Shown here: piece by piece, positions 28,617-31,897 of the stretch
How the letters are laid out: each line of letters begins with the position of its first letter
Position numbering within the stretch: position 1 is the stretch's first letter
Virus record (IMG/VR): IMGVR_UViG_2724679539_000006
Coordinates: 1-31,897 of that record
Source of the DNA: a virus
Taxonomy: Duplodnaviria; Heunggongvirae; Uroviricota; Caudoviricetes
Strand: one strand, 5' to 3'
DNA length: 31,897 bases
Translations under genes and position numbers: made by a program
The notes under the pieces: model-generated
Databases searched by the model: none
What the model saw: only the letters and a program-made list of their open reading frames with translations
What the model was told of the DNA's origin: nothing

Positions 28617-29309
28617 ATGTTATATGCATTTAAGCTGGGCAGAAAACTGAGCGGCGAGGAACCTTGGTGCCATGAAAAAGGCGGGAAAGGTGGTAGCTCT
28701 GATAAAAGCGCAAAGTATGCAGCAGAAGCTCAGAAGTATGCCGCAGACCTGCAAAATCAGCAGTGGCAGACGATCATGAAAAACCTTGCTCCGTTCACGC
28801 CTCTTGCGGAGCAGTATGTTAACCAGCTTCAGAACCTTTCCAGTTTAGAAGGTCAGGGGCAGGCACTTAATCAGTATTACAACTCTCAGCAGTATAAAGA
28901 CCTTGCAGGTCAGGCTCGTTACCAGAGTCTTGCTGCTGCGGAGGCTACGGGTGGACTTGGTTCGACAGCCACAAGCAATCAACTGGCTACGATCGCGCCG
29001 ACACTCGGTCAGTCTTGGTTATCAAACCAGATGAGCAATTACAACAATCTGGCAAACGTTGGGCTTGGTGCGCTGCAAGGTCAGGCAAACGCCGGGCAGA
29101 CGTACGCCAACAACATGAGCAGCATTGCACAGCAAAGCGCAGCTCTTGCCGCTGCTAATGCCAACAAACCATCAAGTCTTCAGACAGCAATTAGTGGCGG
29201 AACGTCTGGTGCGATTGCCGGTGCAGGTCTTGCCAGCCTTTTGGGGACATCAACACCTTGGGGCGCTGGCATTGGTGCTGGTATCGGATTGCTTGGCTCG
29301 TTGTTTTAA
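28617..29309 (+). CDS. 7: ejection protein (P22 gp7 type)
   Basis: 230 aa, MLYAFKLGRKLSGEEP...; Gly/Ala-rich C-terminus; GGGAGA RBS. Confidence 0.75.
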   Translation: MLYAFKLGRKLSGEEPWCHEKGGKGGSSDKSAKYAAEAQKYAADLQNQQWQTIMKNLAPFTPLAEQYVNQLQNLSSLEGQGQALNQYYNSQQYKDLAGQARYQSLAAAEATGGLGSTATSNQLATIAPTLGQSWLSNQMSNYNNLANVGLGALQGQANAGQTYANNMSSIAQQSAALAAANANKPSSLQTAISGGTSGAIAGAGLASLLGTSTPWGAGIGAGIGLLGSLF

Positions 29310-29318
29310 GGGGTAATC

Positions 29319-30725
29319 ATGGCTACTTGGCAAGGATCAAATGGCGGATTGTTAGCTGGTATCGGCGGCGTCAACTCAAACGCTCCGAGCGTAAATGACA
29401 TCGGCAATACGCTTCAGCTTATCAGGCAGAACAATGATATTGAGCGTTCAGGCGCTAACAATGTTGGGCTGACTGCTTTGCAAGGTCTTTCAGGTATTGC
29501 AGGGGTGTTTCAGCAGGAAAAGCAGGCTCAGCGGCAGAAAGAATTTCAGCAGGCATACGCTAATGCTTATGCGTCTGGTGATCGCGGTGCTTTGCGTCAG
29601 TTGGCTACTCAATATCCAGACCAGATTGAATCCGTTCGTAAAGGCATGGGATTCATTGATGAAGAGCAGCGTAATTCTATCGGCACCTTAGCGGCTGGCG
29701 CACGCCTTGCGTCATCGTCTCCAGAAGCAATGCAATCATGGCTGCAAAACAACGCCAAGGAACTGACTCGCGTCGGTGTTGACCCTAACAGCGTTGCTCA
29801 GATGTATCAGCAGAATCCTTCAGGATTTGGTGAGTTTGTTGATCACCTTGGGATGGCTGCTCTCGGTCCGATTGACTACTTCAATGTTCAGGACAAGATG
29901 GCTGGTCGTGAGATTGACCGCGGAAAACTTGCAGAGACAATCCGCAGCAATCAGGCTGGCGAGGCGCTTCAGGCGAGAGGGCAAAACCTTTCCTATCAGT
30001 CAGCAATGACTGGGCACAATATCGCAGCACAACGCTTGGCTCTGGATCAGCAAGAGTTCGGGTTTAAGATGCAGCAAGCGCAGGAAAAGGCTCAGCAGTT
30101 GATTAGCGAAGCACCTAAGCTGTCAGTAAACATGGAAAAAGGCATCGAGACGGCTGTAAACAATGCCACAGCATCATCAAACTCAGCCAATTCTATGAGT
30201 GCGCTTGCTCAACAGTTCAGAGCAGAAAAACCAACGACAGGTTTGTTCGGTAACGCACAGAACATGTTCGCAAAACTTACCGGAAGCGATACGACATTGC
30301 GTGATTTGCGCATTCGCCAAAATGCCCTTGTTAACAGTCAGGTTCTTAAATTCCTACCTCCCGGCCCCGCAACGGATAAAGACGTTGAGATCGTTCGTCA
30401 GGGTGCACCAACTGACATGGATAACCCTGAGACGGTCGCAAGATGGCTTGATGCTATGGCAAACCTTGAGCGACGAAACGCGCAGTTTAATGAGTTTAAA
30501 GCCGAGTGGATGAGCGCGAATGGCAACCCTGGACAATCGCGTAATGGCGGTCAGATATTGGGGTTGGATGTTAAAAAAGGTGAATCATTGGGGAGTGCCG
30601 TCAAGCGGTATATGTCAATGAATACTGACGCAGCGCCAGCACAAGATTCGACACCTTCAGGAGAACCACGGAATCAGGTTGGATCATATACCTCAAAATC
30701 AGGCATTCAATTTACGGTGGAATGA
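29319..30725 (+). CDS. 20: ejection protein (P22 gp20 type)
   Basis: 468 aa; synteny and size match P22 gp20; AAGGGG RBS. Confidence 0.8.
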   Translation: MATWQGSNGGLLAGIGGVNSNAPSVNDIGNTLQLIRQNNDIERSGANNVGLTALQGLSGIAGVFQQEKQAQRQKEFQQAYANAYASGDRGALRQLATQYPDQIESVRKGMGFIDEEQRNSIGTLAAGARLASSSPEAMQSWLQNNAKELTRVGVDPNSVAQMYQQNPSGFGEFVDHLGMAALGPIDYFNVQDKMAGREIDRGKLAETIRSNQAGEALQARGQNLSYQSAMTGHNIAAQRLALDQQEFGFKMQQAQEKAQQLISEAPKLSVNMEKGIETAVNNATASSNSANSMSALAQQFRAEKPTTGLFGNAQNMFAKLTGSDTTLRDLRIRQNALVNSQVLKFLPPGPATDKDVEIVRQGAPTDMDNPETVARWLDAMANLERRNAQFNEFKAEWMSANGNPGQSRNGGQILGLDVKKGESLGSAVKRYMSMNTDAAPAQDSTPSGEPRNQVGSYTSKSGIQFTVE

Positions 30726-31897
30726 TGAAAGTAACTGCAAACGGTAAGACATTTACCTTTCCTGATGGTACGAGCACCGAAGATATTGGCACCGCCATTG
30801 ACGAGTATTTTGCTGGTCAGGCTGTTCAGCAACAAACAGTTAATCAGGCCAATAATGCACCAACACGGGAAGAACCATCATTGATGCAACAAGCTGGCGA
30901 TTGGCTCACTGGTGGTCAAAGTGCAGGGCAAATTGCAGAACAGGCTGGTCGTGGTCTGGTAAACATACCATTTGACGTATTACAGGGCGGCGCAAGTCTG
31001 ATTAATGCAATCAGCCAGGGGCTTGGTGGACCCAAGGTTTTGGATGATGTTTATCGTCCAGTAGACAGACCGACAGACCCCTACGCGCAAGCCGGTGAAA
31101 CAATTGGTGGGTATTTAGTTCCAGGAGTTGGAACGGCAGGAAGCATGGCTATTGGATCACTGGCAGAGGCCGCAAATCAGAAAGGCGATTTCGCACAAAA
31201 TGCAGCTAAAAATGCCGGAGTTAACCTTGCCGCTCAGGGTGTTCTTTCCGCAGCAGCAAAGGGAATAGGGCGTGGAATAACGGCTATAAAAGGTGATATT
31301 GCGCCAGAAGTGGCGAAGAAAATTGCCACATCAGAATCGATGGGCGTGACACCAATGACATCTGATGTTATCCCGCCGAAAAATGCTTTCACTCGTGGCC
31401 TTACTCAGGATGCCGAGGGTGCTTTGCTCGGGACAGGCTCAAAGCGAGCGGAGCAATATGCAACGCGTAGTAAACTGGTAAGCAATTATTTTGACCGTTT
31501 TGGTGAGTATAACCCTGATGATGTGGTGAAATCTCTGACCACCACGTTAAGGGGGCGGAAGGATGCCGCTGGCGCTGTTATCAATGACGTCACCAATAAA
31601 ATGGGTAATGCCGCAGTTGATACCACAAATACCATGAATGCTCTGAATACAGCGATCGCAAGACAGGAACGGCTTGGGACGTCTGCCAATCAAAGCCTGC
31701 TTACATCCTTGCGTAACCTACGTGAAGAATTAGCAAACCCTGCAACTGATTTGGATGTTACGTTTGATCTCTTGCGTCAGCACAGAACAGCATTTAGATC
31801 TAATGTTCAGGGAGATGCTATGGTCTTCCCCAACCAGGCAAAAGCAGCTACCAATATGGTAGAGAATGCAATGTCAAAAGACCTTCGTAACGCAGTT
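30722..31897 (+). CDS. 16: ejection protein (P22 gp16 type), 3' end outside the window
   Basis: open frame from ATGATG at 30722 to the window end with no stop (392 codons); [33 protein letters not shown]...; not in ORF track because it is unterminated. Confidence 0.8.
   Translation, partial: MMKVTANGKTFTFPDGTSTEDIGTAIDEYFAGQAVQQQTVNQANNAPTREEPSLMQQAGDWLTGGQSAGQIAEQAGRGLVNIPFDVLQGGASLINAISQGLGGPKVLDDVYRPVDRPTDPYAQAGETIGGYLVPGVGTAGSMAIGSLAEAANQKGDFAQNAAKNAGVNLAAQGVLSAAAKGIGRGITAIKGDIAPEVAKKIATSESMGVTPMTSDVIPPKNAFTRGLTQDAEGALLGTGSKRAEQYATRSKLVSNYFDRFGEYNPDDVVKSLTTTLRGRKDAAGAVINDVTNKMGNAAVDTTNTMNALNTAIARQERLGTSANQSLLTSLRNLREELANPATDLDVTFDLLRQHRTAFRSNVQGDAMVFPNQAKAATNMVENAMSKDLRNAV

Noticed and set aside
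1-31897. CRISPR arrays, IS elements or transposases, rexAB or sieB-type exclusion genes, integrase and att sites
   Set aside because: No spaced direct-repeat array, no transposase-like ORF, no genes between the repressor and PL; integrase and attachment sites must lie outside the window

Overview
The window is a mosaic lambdoid (pro)phage of an enterobacterial host, read from xis to a truncated ejection-protein gene. All calls rest on reading the six-frame ORF track and on recalled protein and site sequences; no database search was run. (1) Leftward early operon on the minus strand: xis, several uncharacterised small genes, an Ea22-like gene, ssb, erf, cIII, ral and N. (2) Immunity region: the repressor, cro-like gene and operators are not lambda-type, yet N, nutL, nutR, cII and PRE flanking them look near-identical to lambda. 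(3) Rightward replication and nin genes: an O-like initiator with an internal iteron origin, a free-standing HNH endonuclease, a TOPRIM primase-helicase, ninB, a Dam-type methyltransferase, ninE, ninF, an HNH-AP2 endonuclease inserted at the 5' end of ninG, ninG, ninH, ninI and Q. (4) Late control and lysis: PR'/qut, 6S RNA, tR', then S, R, Rz and embedded Rz1. (5) P22/Sf6-type packaging and head genes: rha, terS, terL, portal, scaffold, coat, gp4, gp10, a knobbed tail needle, gp14, gp7, gp20 and gp16 (3' end outside the window). No rRNA, tRNA, CRISPR array or transposase was seen; integrase and tailspike lie outside the window. I cannot point to one undescribed system with certainty. The strongest candidates are the uncharacterised early-left gene block (478-2869), the enlarged non-coding late leader between tR' and S (15319-16120), and the HNH-AP2 insertion into ninG.
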